The translations under genes were made by a program, and so were the position numbers. The notes under the pieces are model-generated. The model saw nothing but the letters and a program-made list of their open reading frames with translations. It ran no database searches and was not told where the DNA came from. From a virus (taxonomy: Duplodnaviria; Caudoviricetes), in IMG/VR virus record IMGVR_UViG_3300032322_001610, positions 1 through 58,002 of that record: a stretch of 58,002 nt of DNA; one strand, given 5' to 3'. How positions within the stretch are numbered: position 1 is the stretch's first letter; each line of letters opens with the position of its first letter. This document shows positions 1 to 9,754 of the stretch, piece after piece.

Positions 1-109
1 CGCCCCGCTCAGGTCCGCCCCGCGCAGGTCCGCCTCGCTCAGGTCCGCCTCGCTCAGGTCCGCCCCGCGCAGGTCCGCCTCGCTCAGGTCCGCCTCGCTC
101 AGGTCCGCC
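1..109. repeat. Terminal overlap identical to 57894-58002, within a 15-bp tandem repeat
   Basis: Base-by-base match of 1-109 with 57894-58002. Confidence 0.9.
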
Positions 110-249
110 CCGCTCAGGTCCGCCCCGCGCAGGTTCGCCTCGCTCAGGTCCGCCTCGCTCAGGTCCGCCCCGCTCAGGTTCGCCCCGCTCAGCGAATCCG
201 CGTCAATCGTTTTTATCACTGATCCATCTTTTCGTTTGATTTCAATCAT
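1..249 (-). CDS. Pentapeptide-repeat protein, 5' part (continues at 57893->57546; ~198 aa)
   Basis: ATG 249: [20 protein letters not shown] then (S/R)(G/E)A(D/N)L repeats; in frame across the junction. Confidence 0.9.
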   Translation of the reverse strand, partial: MIEIKRKDGSVIKTIDADSLSGANLSGADLSEADLSEANLRGADLSGADLSEADLSEADLRGADLSEADLSEADLRGADLSGA

Positions 250-455
250 TGAAGCTCCTCCAATATCACCTTCCCCTTCGCGATCCGCCGCTTGAGCGTC
301 TTGAGCCGCACCAGCCGTTCCCCTTCGGCCTTACTTACGTACTCCACGAACTCCCAGGTGTGGTGGATGTCCCAGAAAATCCTCGCAATCTCCACCTCCT
401 CCCACCCGCGCCGATGTGGGAGAAGAAAGCGGTCGCCGGGTTGGGGGTTCTTCAT
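246..455 (-). CDS. Hypothetical protein ([10 protein letters not shown]...)
   Basis: ATGA overlap with downstream gene; shares NP(Q/K)PGD with 1886-2101. Confidence 0.65.
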   Translation of the reverse strand: MKNPQPGDRFLLPHRRGWEEVEIARIFWDIHHTWEFVEYVSKAEGERLVRLKTLKRRIAKGKVILEELQ

Positions 456-459
456 GGGG

Positions 460-1029
460 TTACGCACGGAAACGCTCCTTTCCCCGAACTTCGCTTCGGG
501 GACATGCGGTAGGCTGTTGATTCGTAAGGGCGGCGGCACGGTCGCGGATGTACCTCCACACCTCCCCCACGTCATACCGGTAAAGATCGTTTTTCACCCA
601 CCCGCTCCACAGCCCGCGCAACTCCGCTTCCGCCGCCTCGCGCTCCCGCTGGGCGAGCCAGTCGAGGGCGGGTTGGGTGTCGTCGGGAAGAATTTGCTCG
701 ATGGTTTCAAGCAAGCGATTTTGGTCACAAAAATCGCAAGTGCAATCAACGCTGTGTATGACCTCCTCCATGTCTGGCAACCAGCCTGCTTCCGCAACAC
801 CCTTCAGCGCCTCCACCGCCCTAGCCTCCCCGGCCTTCGCCGCGTCCCGCTCGGCCTCCAGTTCGGCGATGCGGGCGCGGTGCTGATCAAAGCACCGCCG
901 CAGATCCGACAGCGCCAAGCCCCAGCCGCCATCTAGCTTGTAGGTCTTCTCAGGCGTCGGGAATCCTTGACCGGACAGAAGTAGCAACACGTCGTCGAGA
1001 ATACTAAACACATGGTCTTGGTTAGTCAT
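460..1029 (-). CDS. Hypothetical protein
   Basis: 189-aa ORF in tightly packed - strand operon. Confidence 0.7.
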   Translation of the reverse strand: MTNQDHVFSILDDVLLLLSGQGFPTPEKTYKLDGGWGLALSDLRRCFDQHRARIAELEAERDAAKAGEARAVEALKGVAEAGWLPDMEEVIHSVDCTCDFCDQNRLLETIEQILPDDTQPALDWLAQREREAAEAELRGLWSGWVKNDLYRYDVGEVWRYIRDRAAALTNQQPTACPRSEVRGKERFRA

Positions 1030-1429
1030 TTGTCACCTCACGTTGACTCCAGCCGGATTCCATTTTCGCTGCCCACTCCAGCTCCTTCCGCAGCGCCGCC
1101 ATAGCCTCCATAAGCTTGCCAAGCAAAGACATTGCCTCCTCCCGCCCGGCCTTTAGCGCCTCCTGCTCCTTCCGCAGCGCCGCCATGTCGCGCTCCTGGG
1201 CCTCGTACATGCCCTTCCAATCGCACTCGGTCAGCAGCGATTTCCCCTCCCGCTCCCGCATCAACTGCGCGGCCTCGCGAAGAATAAAGGCGTCGGCCCC
1301 GTGCATGTTTGCCGCCTCGGGGGAGTTAAGCAAATCACCGCATAGGCTCTGAGACGCTTCGCACTCTGCGGCAAGGTATTCCAGCCGTAGTGCCATGCCG
1401 TTGTCGGTCATAATGTAGAGCGTTTCCAT
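1022..1429 (-). CDS. Hypothetical protein, paralog 3 of tandem family
   Basis: ADAFILREAAQLMREREGK motif plus coiled-coil tail. Confidence 0.7.
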   Translation of the reverse strand: METLYIMTDNGMALRLEYLAAECEASQSLCGDLLNSPEAANMHGADAFILREAAQLMREREGKSLLTECDWKGMYEAQERDMAALRKEQEALKAGREEAMSLLGKLMEAMAALRKELEWAAKMESGWSQREVTND

Positions 1430-1609
1430 TTACTTCCCCTCCCGCTCCCGCATCAACTGCGCTGCCTCGCGGAGCAAAGCGGCGTCAGCGGTAAATTCAG
1501 CAACCCATGTTCCACAGTCGCTAAACACTGCTGATTTCGCATGCTCTGCGGCAAAGTCTTTTTTCGCGGCCATGCCCTCCAGGCGTGCGGCCTTCTCTTT
1601 GTTCGTCAT
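1430..1609 (-). CDS. Hypothetical protein, paralog 2
   Basis: MTNKEKAARL...ADAALLREAAQLMREREGK; ATGA-coupled. Confidence 0.7.
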   Translation of the reverse strand: MTNKEKAARLEGMAAKKDFAAEHAKSAVFSDCGTWVAEFTADAALLREAAQLMREREGK

Positions 1610-1899
1610 TTCCCCTCCAGCCGCGCCAGGGCAGCGCTGTCTTTGGCGTCTAAAATGCAATGAATCGTGTAGGCAAAACCAGCCAACACGGGCGATCCGT
1701 CTGCCGTTAGTTTTTCCGCCAGCCGTCGCATATCATCGCATTTCTCTAGGGCCTCGGCCCCGGCGAGCAGGGCGGCGGCGTCGGCCCTGCAAGTCGCAAT
1801 TAGGCCTGAGCTGTACATAGGCGTCAACGTCTTTGCCATGTCCAGTTGCTCTTGTGCCATCTCCCGCAGCCGTGCGGCGTGTTCGTTATTCGGCGACAT
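1606..1899 (-). CDS. Hypothetical protein, paralog 1
   Basis: MSPNNEHAARL...ADAAALLAGAEAL...LEGK. Confidence 0.7.
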   Translation of the reverse strand: MSPNNEHAARLREMAQEQLDMAKTLTPMYSSGLIATCRADAAALLAGAEALEKCDDMRRLAEKLTADGSPVLAGFAYTIHCILDAKDSAALARLEGK

Positions 1900-2101
1900 G
1901 GATAACCTCGATGGTCGGCAGCTGGCACACTATTCTCCAGCCGTCCAATGTAGCCGTGCAAGAATACTTCCCGTTACTGTTCTGACTGTCAAAGATAACG
2001 ACACCGTCAGATACGCTCCGCACCCATCGACGCCAATTTGATTCGATGTCGATAATGTCCCCCGGCTTCGGATTTGTCAGCACGTCAGATGCTGTTCTCA
2101 T
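1886..2101 (-). CDS. Hypothetical protein (MRTASDVLTNPKPGD...)
   Basis: ATGA-coupled start; operon packing. Confidence 0.6.
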   Translation of the reverse strand: MRTASDVLTNPKPGDIIDIESNWRRWVRSVSDGVVIFDSQNSNGKYSCTATLDGWRIVCQLPTIEVIHVAE

Positions 2102-2357
2102 TCGCCCCTCCGCTCCACCACAATCGTCACCCCATCCGCCGAGGCCTCGGCCTCGACCATCTCCCACTCCGGCACCACATATCCCCGCGACCGGCAATAA
2201 GCCGCCAGCCGCTCCCATGCCTCGTCGGCCACCGTCGCGCACTTAGCCACGAGCGCCATGGCCTCGGCCGGCGTCAGCGGCATGGCAAGGCGCACCTGCT
2301 CCGGCTCCCGCTGGTAGGCCGGATGATCCGCACCGGGTACGACCATTCGATTCTCCA

Positions 2358-2600
2358 TCATCTCGATTCCCTCCATGCCTTCCCCATCTCCACTCTTCCG
2401 GCCACCGCTGCGGCGTCGAGTCCTTCGCGGAATCGAGCCTCGGCAGCGGCAAGTGCCATCAACAAACGCGAGAGCAACTTTGCCCCATTGGAAAGCAGGA
2501 CAAGTGTGTAACAGACTCCATCGCATCCGGTTTCTCGGTGGCGAACGAAGAACAGCATCATCAGGCCGGCCAGGGCCAGGATCACAAAGGTAGTGATCAT
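2358..2600 (-). CDS. Small membrane-anchored hypothetical protein
   Basis: Hydrophobic N-terminus MITTFVILALAGLMMLFF; ATGA-coupled. Confidence 0.6.
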   Translation of the reverse strand: MITTFVILALAGLMMLFFVRHRETGCDGVCYTLVLLSNGAKLLSRLLMALAAAEARFREGLDAAAVAGRVEMGKAWRESR

Positions 2601-2782
2601 GCGATAGTCGCCCCCAATCGCTCGGCTACTTGTTCGAGAGTGCCATTCACAAGGAACGTAGTGCCCAAGGACTCCAAGTCATGGGCAAAACATAGACAGC
2701 AATGGCCCTCCTGCATGGTTTGTTGTACCGCGATGACGTATTGCGGGTTGACCAAAACATTTCCAAACTTTACTAACTTCAT
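2597..2782 (-). CDS. Small FlbD-like hypothetical protein
   Basis: MKLVKFGNVLVNPQYV...VNGTLEQVAERL; SD GGAGGAG upstream; similar to 51175-51898 pair. Confidence 0.6.
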   Translation of the reverse strand: MKLVKFGNVLVNPQYVIAVQQTMQEGHCCLCFAHDLESLGTTFLVNGTLEQVAERLGATIA

Positions 2783-2801
2783 GTTCTCCTCCTCTCTCAA
2801 C

Positions 2802-3203
2802 TTAAAACGGAACGCCCTCATCGCCCACCACATCAAACGGCGACGGCGAAGAGCCAACTTCTTCAATCTGTGGACCTTGATTCGGCGCGTACAGCGCCGC
2901 CAGACGAACTCCGTACTTCCCGTTGTCCTCGGCAATGGCGACTGCCGGCCTATTACTCAAGGCCTGGTTGATCTTCCGCAGCCAGTCGCTGCCCGTTAGA
3001 TCGCTCTCGCTGCAACCGAGACCGATCAGGCTCTTCCGGGTGCTCTCCATTGCCTTCGGCGTAAGAAATTTCGTTACCGAGTCCTGTTTCCCATCCTCCA
3101 TGCGGAGGGCAACCTCAAGGCCCTGGGTCTGGTTCTGCCCGATCTTTACGTGCCTCACGCCAAGGATCGAGCATTCGTAACGCTTCTTGTCTTCGTAGGT
3201 CAT
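2802..3203 (-). CDS. Putative single-stranded DNA-binding protein
   Basis: 133 aa, acidic tail ending DEGVPF, follows exonuclease/annealing pair. Confidence 0.65.
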   Translation of the reverse strand: MTYEDKKRYECSILGVRHVKIGQNQTQGLEVALRMEDGKQDSVTKFLTPKAMESTRKSLIGLGCSESDLTGSDWLRKINQALSNRPAVAIAEDNGKYGVRLAALYAPNQGPQIEEVGSSPSPFDVVGDEGVPF

Positions 3204-3892
3204 TATTCAGCCTCCTTCAGGCTTTCCATCTTCTCACGCAGCGCGGTGGCTGCTGAGATACGGTCTTCCGTTGCGGTCACCACCTCTTCAATCGGCACCT
3301 CGCCGGGGGCCAGGACGGAAATGTACTCGGTCGCTTCGGGGACGTAGAACTTCTGCAAGCGGCCGAGGGCCCGCCAAAAGAACATCGACTCGGGGTCCTG
3401 CTTGTAGGTGTCCTTGTCGGAGAGCTTCATCCGCTTGGCGTCTTCCTCGCTGAACGAAGCCACCGCGCCATCAACCGCCTCTCCTCCCTTTACGAGCTGG
3501 AGCTTGCACCCCTTCACGTCCCGCTGAAGGAACTTCCAGCCGTAGCCGTGCCGCCGCATGAGCAGTTCAAGCACGGTGCCCATCATCGCGGGGATCCCGT
3601 TGACGAAATAGAGTCCCCGCGCCGACTGAAACGCCGAGAGGCCGAGTTCGCGGCCGAAGCGAATCCGCATCGCGATATCCGCCGGATCAACCTTCTTGGT
3701 CGCCGTGACGCCCCGCGAGAAAAGCAGCCCCTCGGCATAATCGCTCTTCATCTGGAGCGCGGTGCTACGTGCCGCGGAACCAACCTCACTAGCCGAGATG
3801 ATGTCGTCGAGGATGGTCGAGATCGACTGCACCTGTGGTTGTGGCTGCGGTGCTTCCGCCGCCTTCTGAATCTGATCTGTCAGTGTTGCCAT
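3203..3892 (-). CDS. Putative ssDNA-annealing recombinase (RecT/Redbeta-like)
   Basis: GRELGLSAFQS..GLYFVNG.P and Y...PESMFFWRA motifs; adjacent to YqaJ exonuclease. Confidence 0.65.
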   Translation of the reverse strand: MATLTDQIQKAAEAPQPQPQVQSISTILDDIISASEVGSAARSTALQMKSDYAEGLLFSRGVTATKKVDPADIAMRIRFGRELGLSAFQSARGLYFVNGIPAMMGTVLELLMRRHGYGWKFLQRDVKGCKLQLVKGGEAVDGAVASFSEEDAKRMKLSDKDTYKQDPESMFFWRALGRLQKFYVPEATEYISVLAPGEVPIEEVVTATEDRISAATALREKMESLKEAE

Positions 3893-3911
3893 ATCATTTT
3901 TCCTTCCCCCG

Positions 3912-4832
3912 TTACGCCGGGAGCACGCGGAATGGTCTGGACACGGAAGGCTTCAGAACGCTCTGATAGACCTCCGGGTGTTTTGATTTCAGCGCGTTCG
4001 TATCGACGCGCTGAGAGACTTGCGGCTTGGCGACGATGCGGTAGCCGGGAGCGGTGGCTGAAGCCGCATCGCCCAAGAGACGAAGGGCTTCTTCCTTGAC
4101 CTGATCCATGGCCGCCTCGGCATCATCGCGGACATCGCGAAGGGAGAGGTACTCAGCGGCCAGCGCCGCAATGCCGGGGATCTCCGACGCTTCCGCGTCC
4201 GGGTCGACGCTTCCCAGCAGCGCCTCGCCCTGACACGAGAACCGATACTCGCACTTCGAGCAGCGCGAGTCGCTGGCCGGCAGGCGGTCTGGTTCGCCAT
4301 CGCCCTGGACCATCGCCCAGAATCGGTCGACGTATTCCCGCATCAGGGCGAACGCCGCGGGGTCGAAGTCTACCTCGAAGGTCTCGAAGCGCCAATTGGA
4401 CGGCTCAAGAATCGCGAACGCCCCCCACCGATACTCAGAAAGACCCATATACCACTGGATCTGAAGCTGGTACCCGAGCGGGATGCCGCTCTTCTGCATC
4501 TCGCGGAACGCCCGCTCGTTGGCCGACTTGCACTCGAGGACCCCCGGCCCCCGCGCATCGCCGAGGATCACGCGGTCCATCGCGCCGATCTCGTGTTCGG
4601 CAATTCCCTTGCTGGCCTTGCGGCGCCGCACCTTGTTCTCTGTCTTGGCAACGTACTCCTCGACGATCAGCGGCTCCAGCTTGACGCCGCGGAGCAGATG
4701 CCCGCGAAACGGTACCTCGTAGTCAGGCTCGATGGCCCGCTTCTGATACCACAACTTCCGAGCGCAGCCGTAGGGCGGCGCGTTGACGATGGATCCGAGA
4801 TCGGAGCCACCGATAAACCCTGTTCTCTTCAT
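3912..4832 (-). CDS. YqaJ/lambda-exonuclease family protein
   Basis: IGGSD, G..LEP, DR...LECK, YQLQIQWYM motifs. Confidence 0.9.
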   Translation of the reverse strand: MKRTGFIGGSDLGSIVNAPPYGCARKLWYQKRAIEPDYEVPFRGHLLRGVKLEPLIVEEYVAKTENKVRRRKASKGIAEHEIGAMDRVILGDARGPGVLECKSANERAFREMQKSGIPLGYQLQIQWYMGLSEYRWGAFAILEPSNWRFETFEVDFDPAAFALMREYVDRFWAMVQGDGEPDRLPASDSRCSKCEYRFSCQGEALLGSVDPDAEASEIPGIAALAAEYLSLRDVRDDAEAAMDQVKEEALRLLGDAASATAPGYRIVAKPQVSQRVDTNALKSKHPEVYQSVLKPSVSRPFRVLPA

Positions 4833-5023
4833 GCTCTCTCCTCTTAATGATGCCCCCGGCTTTGGTAGTGTCGGGTAACCGGGGGCGCTGTTAACCGTTC
4901 GCTGTTTTTATTACCCTCCTGGTAAAAAAGATACCGCCCATGAGACGGCTGGCTTGCGCCAGGTGATCGGCCAGGATGCTTTCCACAGCGCCCGTAAATG
5001 GGATGGCCGACCACCAAGCGCAA

Positions 5024-5173
5024 TCAGCACTCTCTCCCCCCGACGATCCTCCCGAGGGCCATCAGGAACGCACCAGCAGACCCAAGGACCACGCGATCCT
5101 GGCACTCGAATATGGCATAAGCGATAGTCGCTGCCCCGGCTGCCATGATGGTTACCGCGATTGCGATCTTCAT
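5024..5173 (-). CDS. 49-aa membrane protein (not in ORF track)
   Basis: MKIAIAVTIMAAGAATIAYAIFECQDRVVLGSAGAFLMALGRIVGGREC; ATGA overlap with RHH gene. Confidence 0.55.
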   Translation of the reverse strand: MKIAIAVTIMAAGAATIAYAIFECQDRVVLGSAGAFLMALGRIVGGREC

Positions 5174-5298
5174 TGGATCGCACCCTCAAGGAGCTTCTCA
5201 ATTAGGGCACGCAGCGAAACTTTTTTAACCGCAGCGACCACCTTTAATTTTGCGTGAAGCGCCTCTGGCAACCTCACTTGGAGCATTTTTGTTTCCAT
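5170..5298 (-). CDS. 42-aa ribbon-helix-helix (Arc-like) regulator (not in ORF track)
   Basis: METKMLQVRLPEALHAKLKVVAAVKKVSLRALIEKLLEGAIQ fits RHH pattern; first gene after promoter. Confidence 0.8.
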   Translation of the reverse strand: METKMLQVRLPEALHAKLKVVAAVKKVSLRALIEKLLEGAIQ

Positions 5299-5304
5299 GA
5301 GTCA

Positions 5305-5392
5305 ATCATCGCCCAGCGGAATAATAAAGTCAATAGTTTTATTGAAACTAGTTTTTCTATTACTTTATGTTTTTCACCAGTGCTGAAATAAT
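5305..5392. promoter_or_regulatory. Divergent promoter region
   Basis: - strand TTGACT(5333-5328)-N17-GATGAT(5310-5305); + strand TG-n-AATAAT (5384-5392); AT-rich. Confidence 0.65.
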
Positions 5393-5398
5393 GGGGAC

Positions 5399-7102
5399 GT
5401 GAGAAGAGGAAAGAAGGAAGTCCCCCTGACGGTGCATCAGGCCGCAGAGAAGCGGCTGTCGTCGATTCGGGATCTCGTCGCGAAGATTAACGCAGCCATC
5501 CGCGATCCGACTGGCGAGATCAGCCAGCGATTCCGCGCCTTACCGGAGGACAAGCGAGCGAACATCCTCCGGCAACTGGAGGAACTGAGGGCCCAGTATA
5601 AGCGTGACCAGGCAGTGACGGACTTCAACACGTTCGTGCGGCAGGTCAGCCCCAACTTCGTCGAAGGCCCGCACCTTCGCCAACTTTCCGAGGTATTCCA
5701 CCGCATCGACTCCGGCGAGTCCGTCCGGGTGATCGTGAACATCGCGCCTCGGCACGGCAAGTCCGAACACATCTCGGTACGATTCCCGGCCTGGTTTTTG
5801 GGCAAGAATCCAACCAAGCAAATCATCCAGGCATCGTGCAACATGACGCTGGTCGAGAAGCTCGGCCAATCCGTCAAGGACATCATTGCCAAGCCGGAGT
5901 ACAACGAAATCTTCCCGGACTTCCGGCTATCGACCGACACCAAGGCGAAGACAAAATTCAAGACGCAGTCTGGCGGCTACTACTTCGCGACCTCGACTAC
6001 AGCCACCGCTGTAGGCTTCGGCGCGGACGTACTGATCCTGGACGACCCGCACGGGGAGCAGTCCTCCATTGGATCAGAGAAGGCCAGCGTCATGCCGTCG
6101 AAGGAAAACTTCGACCAAGTGTGGAACTGGTTCACGCAGGTCCGCGCCCGACTCCAGCCGGGTGGATCCATCCTCATCGTGATGCAGCGGTGGTCGCCGT
6201 TCGATATGACCGGACGGATCATCGAACGCATGCGGACGGACCCGAACGCCGAACAGTATGAGGTGATTGAGTTCCCCGCGCTGCTGATGGAGGAGGACGA
6301 GGTCGGCGACCCGCTCGTTGATGAAAACGGCGACCCAGTCTGGAAGTCGCTCTGGCCGGAGTTTTGGAAGGTCGAAGAACTCCTGAAGATCAAGAACACC
6401 ATGATCAAGTGGCGCTGGAATGCCCAATACATGCAGAATCCGCTCATGGAGACGAGTTCGATTGTCTCGCGGGAGCGATGGAAGTGCTGGGGCATGGACA
6501 AGGACGGCGAGATCGACTACGACCTCAAGCCGCCCATCTGCTCATACGTCATCCAGACGTGGGACACAGCATTCAGCGCCGACACCCGCTCCGACTACTC
6601 TGCCGTGACGACCTGGGGCGTGTTCGATACGACCGATGAGCACGGCAACCGGCGCAACGGGATCATCCTCCTCGACGCATGGCGAGGCCAGGTTGATTTC
6701 CCGGCGCTCAAGAAGCGGGCCAAGGAGAAGTACCAGCAGTGGAAGCCCGACGCCTGCATCATCGAGGCGAAGGCGACAGGAACGCCGCTGATTCATGAAC
6801 TCCGGCAGATGGGCATGAGCATTCAGTCCTACACGCCGACCTGGCAGACCGGAGACAAGATGGTCCGGTTGAACTCGGTGAGTCCCATCTTCGAGCAGGG
6901 CTTCGTCTACTACCCTCCCCGCGAATGGGCTGACGCTGTCATCGACGAAGTCGCGCTGTTCCCCGCCGCCGATCACGACGACTACGTTGACACCGTCATC
7001 ATGGCGATGATGCGCTTCCGCTCCGGCAGGTTCATGAGTCTGCATGACGATCTCCAGGAAGAGGAAGACCGCCCCTATCGGAAGGTGAAATCCTACTATT
7101 AG
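5399..7102 (+). CDS. terL: Terminase large subunit
   Basis: Walker A NIAPRHGKS, Walker B LILDDP, nuclease motifs TWDTAF, DYSA, DDYVD. Confidence 0.95.
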   Translation: MRRGKKEVPLTVHQAAEKRLSSIRDLVAKINAAIRDPTGEISQRFRALPEDKRANILRQLEELRAQYKRDQAVTDFNTFVRQVSPNFVEGPHLRQLSEVFHRIDSGESVRVIVNIAPRHGKSEHISVRFPAWFLGKNPTKQIIQASCNMTLVEKLGQSVKDIIAKPEYNEIFPDFRLSTDTKAKTKFKTQSGGYYFATSTTATAVGFGADVLILDDPHGEQSSIGSEKASVMPSKENFDQVWNWFTQVRARLQPGGSILIVMQRWSPFDMTGRIIERMRTDPNAEQYEVIEFPALLMEEDEVGDPLVDENGDPVWKSLWPEFWKVEELLKIKNTMIKWRWNAQYMQNPLMETSSIVSRERWKCWGMDKDGEIDYDLKPPICSYVIQTWDTAFSADTRSDYSAVTTWGVFDTTDEHGNRRNGIILLDAWRGQVDFPALKKRAKEKYQQWKPDACIIEAKATGTPLIHELRQMGMSIQSYTPTWQTGDKMVRLNSVSPIFEQGFVYYPPREWADAVIDEVALFPAADHDDYVDTVIMAMMRFRSGRFMSLHDDLQEEEDRPYRKVKSYY

Positions 7103-7125
7103 CTGATGTGATACTGTAAGAGAAA

Positions 7126-9579
7126 ATGATCGAGCGAGTGAATGCCGACGAAATTCCTCTGGTCGAGGTCCAGGAGACGGTAATCGAGATTCCCGAAGGG
7201 AAGGAGACCACCGTTGAACTGGAGGACGGCAGCATCGAGATCACCATTGAGGACCCGGAAGAGTCCTTGAGCATTCTGGACGCTCCATTTGATTCCAACC
7301 TTGCCGAATTCCTTGAGCGAGACAGGCTCAACTCTATCGGCTACGATCTCATCGACTTGGTCAAAGCCGATGAGCAGTCGCGAGAGGACTGGCTCGAAGG
7401 ATTCCGCGATGGCATGAAGCTGCTCGGCTTCAAGCCGGAAGACCGGACGGAGCCCTGGGCCGGCGCGTGCGGCATCGTTTCGACCATGATCCCCGAGGCG
7501 GTGGTTCGCTTCCAGTCGAACGCGATGACAGAGATCTTCCCGGCGGATGGCCCGGTGAAGGTGAAGATCATGGGGCGGGTGACGAAGGAAGTCATCGAGC
7601 AGAGTGAGCGTGTTCGCGACCGGATGAACTATACGCTGACCGAGGAGATGCCCGACTACCGCACCGAGACCGAGAAGCTGCTCTTCGGGCTGGCGTTCAT
7701 CGGGTCAGCGTTTCGCAAGGTCTGCCCGGATACCCAAACCGGAAAACCTGCGGCGACCTACGTCCGCGCCCAGGATATGATCATCCCCTACGGCGCGTCA
7801 TCGCTTCAGACGGCGCCCCGCTACACCGAGGTCCTCCGGCTATTCCCGTCCGACGTGCAGCGGCTCCAGGTGACGGGACAGTGGCTGGACGTTCCCGTTG
7901 ACGACACGCCTGACGTTTCCGACCTCCAGGAGGCTATCGACGAGGCCACCGAGCGGACTCCCTCCTCGATGGAATCCGACCCTGGGACGTACTATGAATG
8001 CCATACCCTGCTGGATCTCGAGGAAGACCCTCTCCGCAACGAAGACGGCCTCCCGCTTCCGTATGTGGTGACGTTCGACCGCAACGGCGTTGTTGTGGCG
8101 ATCCGGCGCAACTGGGACGAGCCCGACCCGAGGAAGCAGAAGCTGGTGTGGTATGCGGCATACAGCTACATCCCCGCCGAAGGCCCGTATGGCTATGGCG
8201 TCCTGCATCTCGTTGGCGGCAGCGCGAAGGCGGCCACCTCCATTGAGCGGCAACTCATCGACGCCGGCACTCTCGCGAATCTCCCCGGCGGGTTCAAGAC
8301 CAAGGACGCCCGCGTGGCCGGATCCGACGACCCGGTTCCTCCCGGTGAGTGGCGAGACGTGGACCTCGGAGCGAACACCCTGCGCGAGTCCTTCTTTCCG
8401 TTGCCCTACAAGGAGCCGTCCGGCACCCTGCTCACGCTGCTGAACCGCATCGAGGAGAACGGTCGCCGACTCGCCTCCATCTCCGACATCCAGGTTGGCG
8501 ACATGAGCGGCAACGCCCCCGTGGGCAGCGTGCTCGCCGTGATGGAGCGGGAGATGAAGGTGATGTCCGCGGTGCAGGCGCGGCTCCACGCAAGCCTCCG
8601 CGACGAGTTTCGCATCCTGGCGCGGGTCATGCGGGACATGGCGCCGGATGAGTACGAGTACGACGTCGAGGGCGGCAGCCGCCTGATTCGGAAGGCCGAC
8701 TTCGACTCCCGCATCGACGTGATCCCAGTGTCCGATCCGAACGCCGCGACTTTGTCTCAGAGGATTACGCTGTACCAAGTTGCGGTCCAGTTGGCGCAGC
8801 AGGCTCCGCAACTCTACGATCTCGCGGCGCTGCATCGGCAGATGCTGACCATCGCGGGGATCAAGGACGTTGAACTAATCATTCCCGACAAGACGGACAT
8901 CAAGCCCGCCGATCCGGTTGTTGAGAATATGGCTATCGCCACAGGGAAGCCGGTGAAGGCTTTCGAGTGGCAGGACCACGAGGCGCACATCGCGTCCCAT
9001 ACGGCCTTCGTCCAGGACCCGGCAACGGCAGCGGCGCTCGGGCAGAATCCACAAGCGCAGGCGATCTTCGCCGCGGCGCAGGCCCACATCGCCGAACATT
9101 TTGCCTACCAGTACCGGGCGAATATCGAGCGAGAGCTCGGCGTACCGCTCCCCGGCCTCGACCAGAAGCTTCCCGGCGATATCGAATCGCAGTTGGCGGT
9201 CGCGGTGGCGCAGGCAAGCCGGCAACTCCTCCAGAGGAATCAGCAGGCTGCGGCACAGCAGGAGGCGCAGGCCAAAGCGCAGGACCCGGTGCTACAGATG
9301 CAGCAGATGGAGTTGCAACTGAAGCAGGCCGAGATCCAGCGCAAAGCGCAGGCCGATGCCGCCAAAGCGCAACTGACCGTGGTGACATCGCAGCAGCGTA
9401 ACCAGGTCGAACTCGAAAGAATCCGGTCACAGGAACGTATGGCGCAGGAGGCGGCGCTTGACCGCAACCAGCAGTTCCTGGCCGAAACGAAGGTGAACGC
9501 CCCCATGGCGAGCATCGAAATCGAGAAGATGAAGGCGCAGATCGCCGAGATTCTTGCTCGAATTGACCAGATGATGTGA
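7126..9579 (+). CDS. Portal protein
   Basis: 817 aa after TerL; EPWAGACG, QLIDAGTLANLPGGFK; Q-rich coiled-coil C-terminal barrel. Confidence 0.9.
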   Translation: MIERVNADEIPLVEVQETVIEIPEGKETTVELEDGSIEITIEDPEESLSILDAPFDSNLAEFLERDRLNSIGYDLIDLVKADEQSREDWLEGFRDGMKLLGFKPEDRTEPWAGACGIVSTMIPEAVVRFQSNAMTEIFPADGPVKVKIMGRVTKEVIEQSERVRDRMNYTLTEEMPDYRTETEKLLFGLAFIGSAFRKVCPDTQTGKPAATYVRAQDMIIPYGASSLQTAPRYTEVLRLFPSDVQRLQVTGQWLDVPVDDTPDVSDLQEAIDEATERTPSSMESDPGTYYECHTLLDLEEDPLRNEDGLPLPYVVTFDRNGVVVAIRRNWDEPDPRKQKLVWYAAYSYIPAEGPYGYGVLHLVGGSAKAATSIERQLIDAGTLANLPGGFKTKDARVAGSDDPVPPGEWRDVDLGANTLRESFFPLPYKEPSGTLLTLLNRIEENGRRLASISDIQVGDMSGNAPVGSVLAVMEREMKVMSAVQARLHASLRDEFRILARVMRDMAPDEYEYDVEGGSRLIRKADFDSRIDVIPVSDPNAATLSQRITLYQVAVQLAQQAPQLYDLAALHRQMLTIAGIKDVELIIPDKTDIKPADPVVENMAIATGKPVKAFEWQDHEAHIASHTAFVQDPATAAALGQNPQAQAIFAAAQAHIAEHFAYQYRANIERELGVPLPGLDQKLPGDIESQLAVAVAQASRQLLQRNQQAAAQQEAQAKAQDPVLQMQQMELQLKQAEIQRKAQADAAKAQLTVVTSQQRNQVELERIRSQERMAQEAALDRNQQFLAETKVNAPMASIEIEKMKAQIAEILARIDQMM

Positions 9580-9580
9580 C

Positions 9581-9754
9581 GTGATAAAGCAAATCGAAGC
9601 ACTCATCCAGCAACTGACGGATCAACTCGCTCAAGGCGCAGCCAAGAGTTTTGATGACTACCGTTTCATCGTCGGGCAGCTAGCCGCCTACCGACGCACG
9701 ATCCACATGATCCGCGAATCCGAAAGGAATCGCGAGCACGAAGAGGAACTGTGA
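9581..9754 (+). CDS. 57-aa hypothetical protein (not in ORF track)
   Basis: GTG start, ...QGAAKSFDDYRFIVGQLAAY...; GTGA overlap with groES. Confidence 0.7.
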   Translation: MIKQIEALIQQLTDQLAQGAAKSFDDYRFIVGQLAAYRRTIHMIRESERNREHEEEL

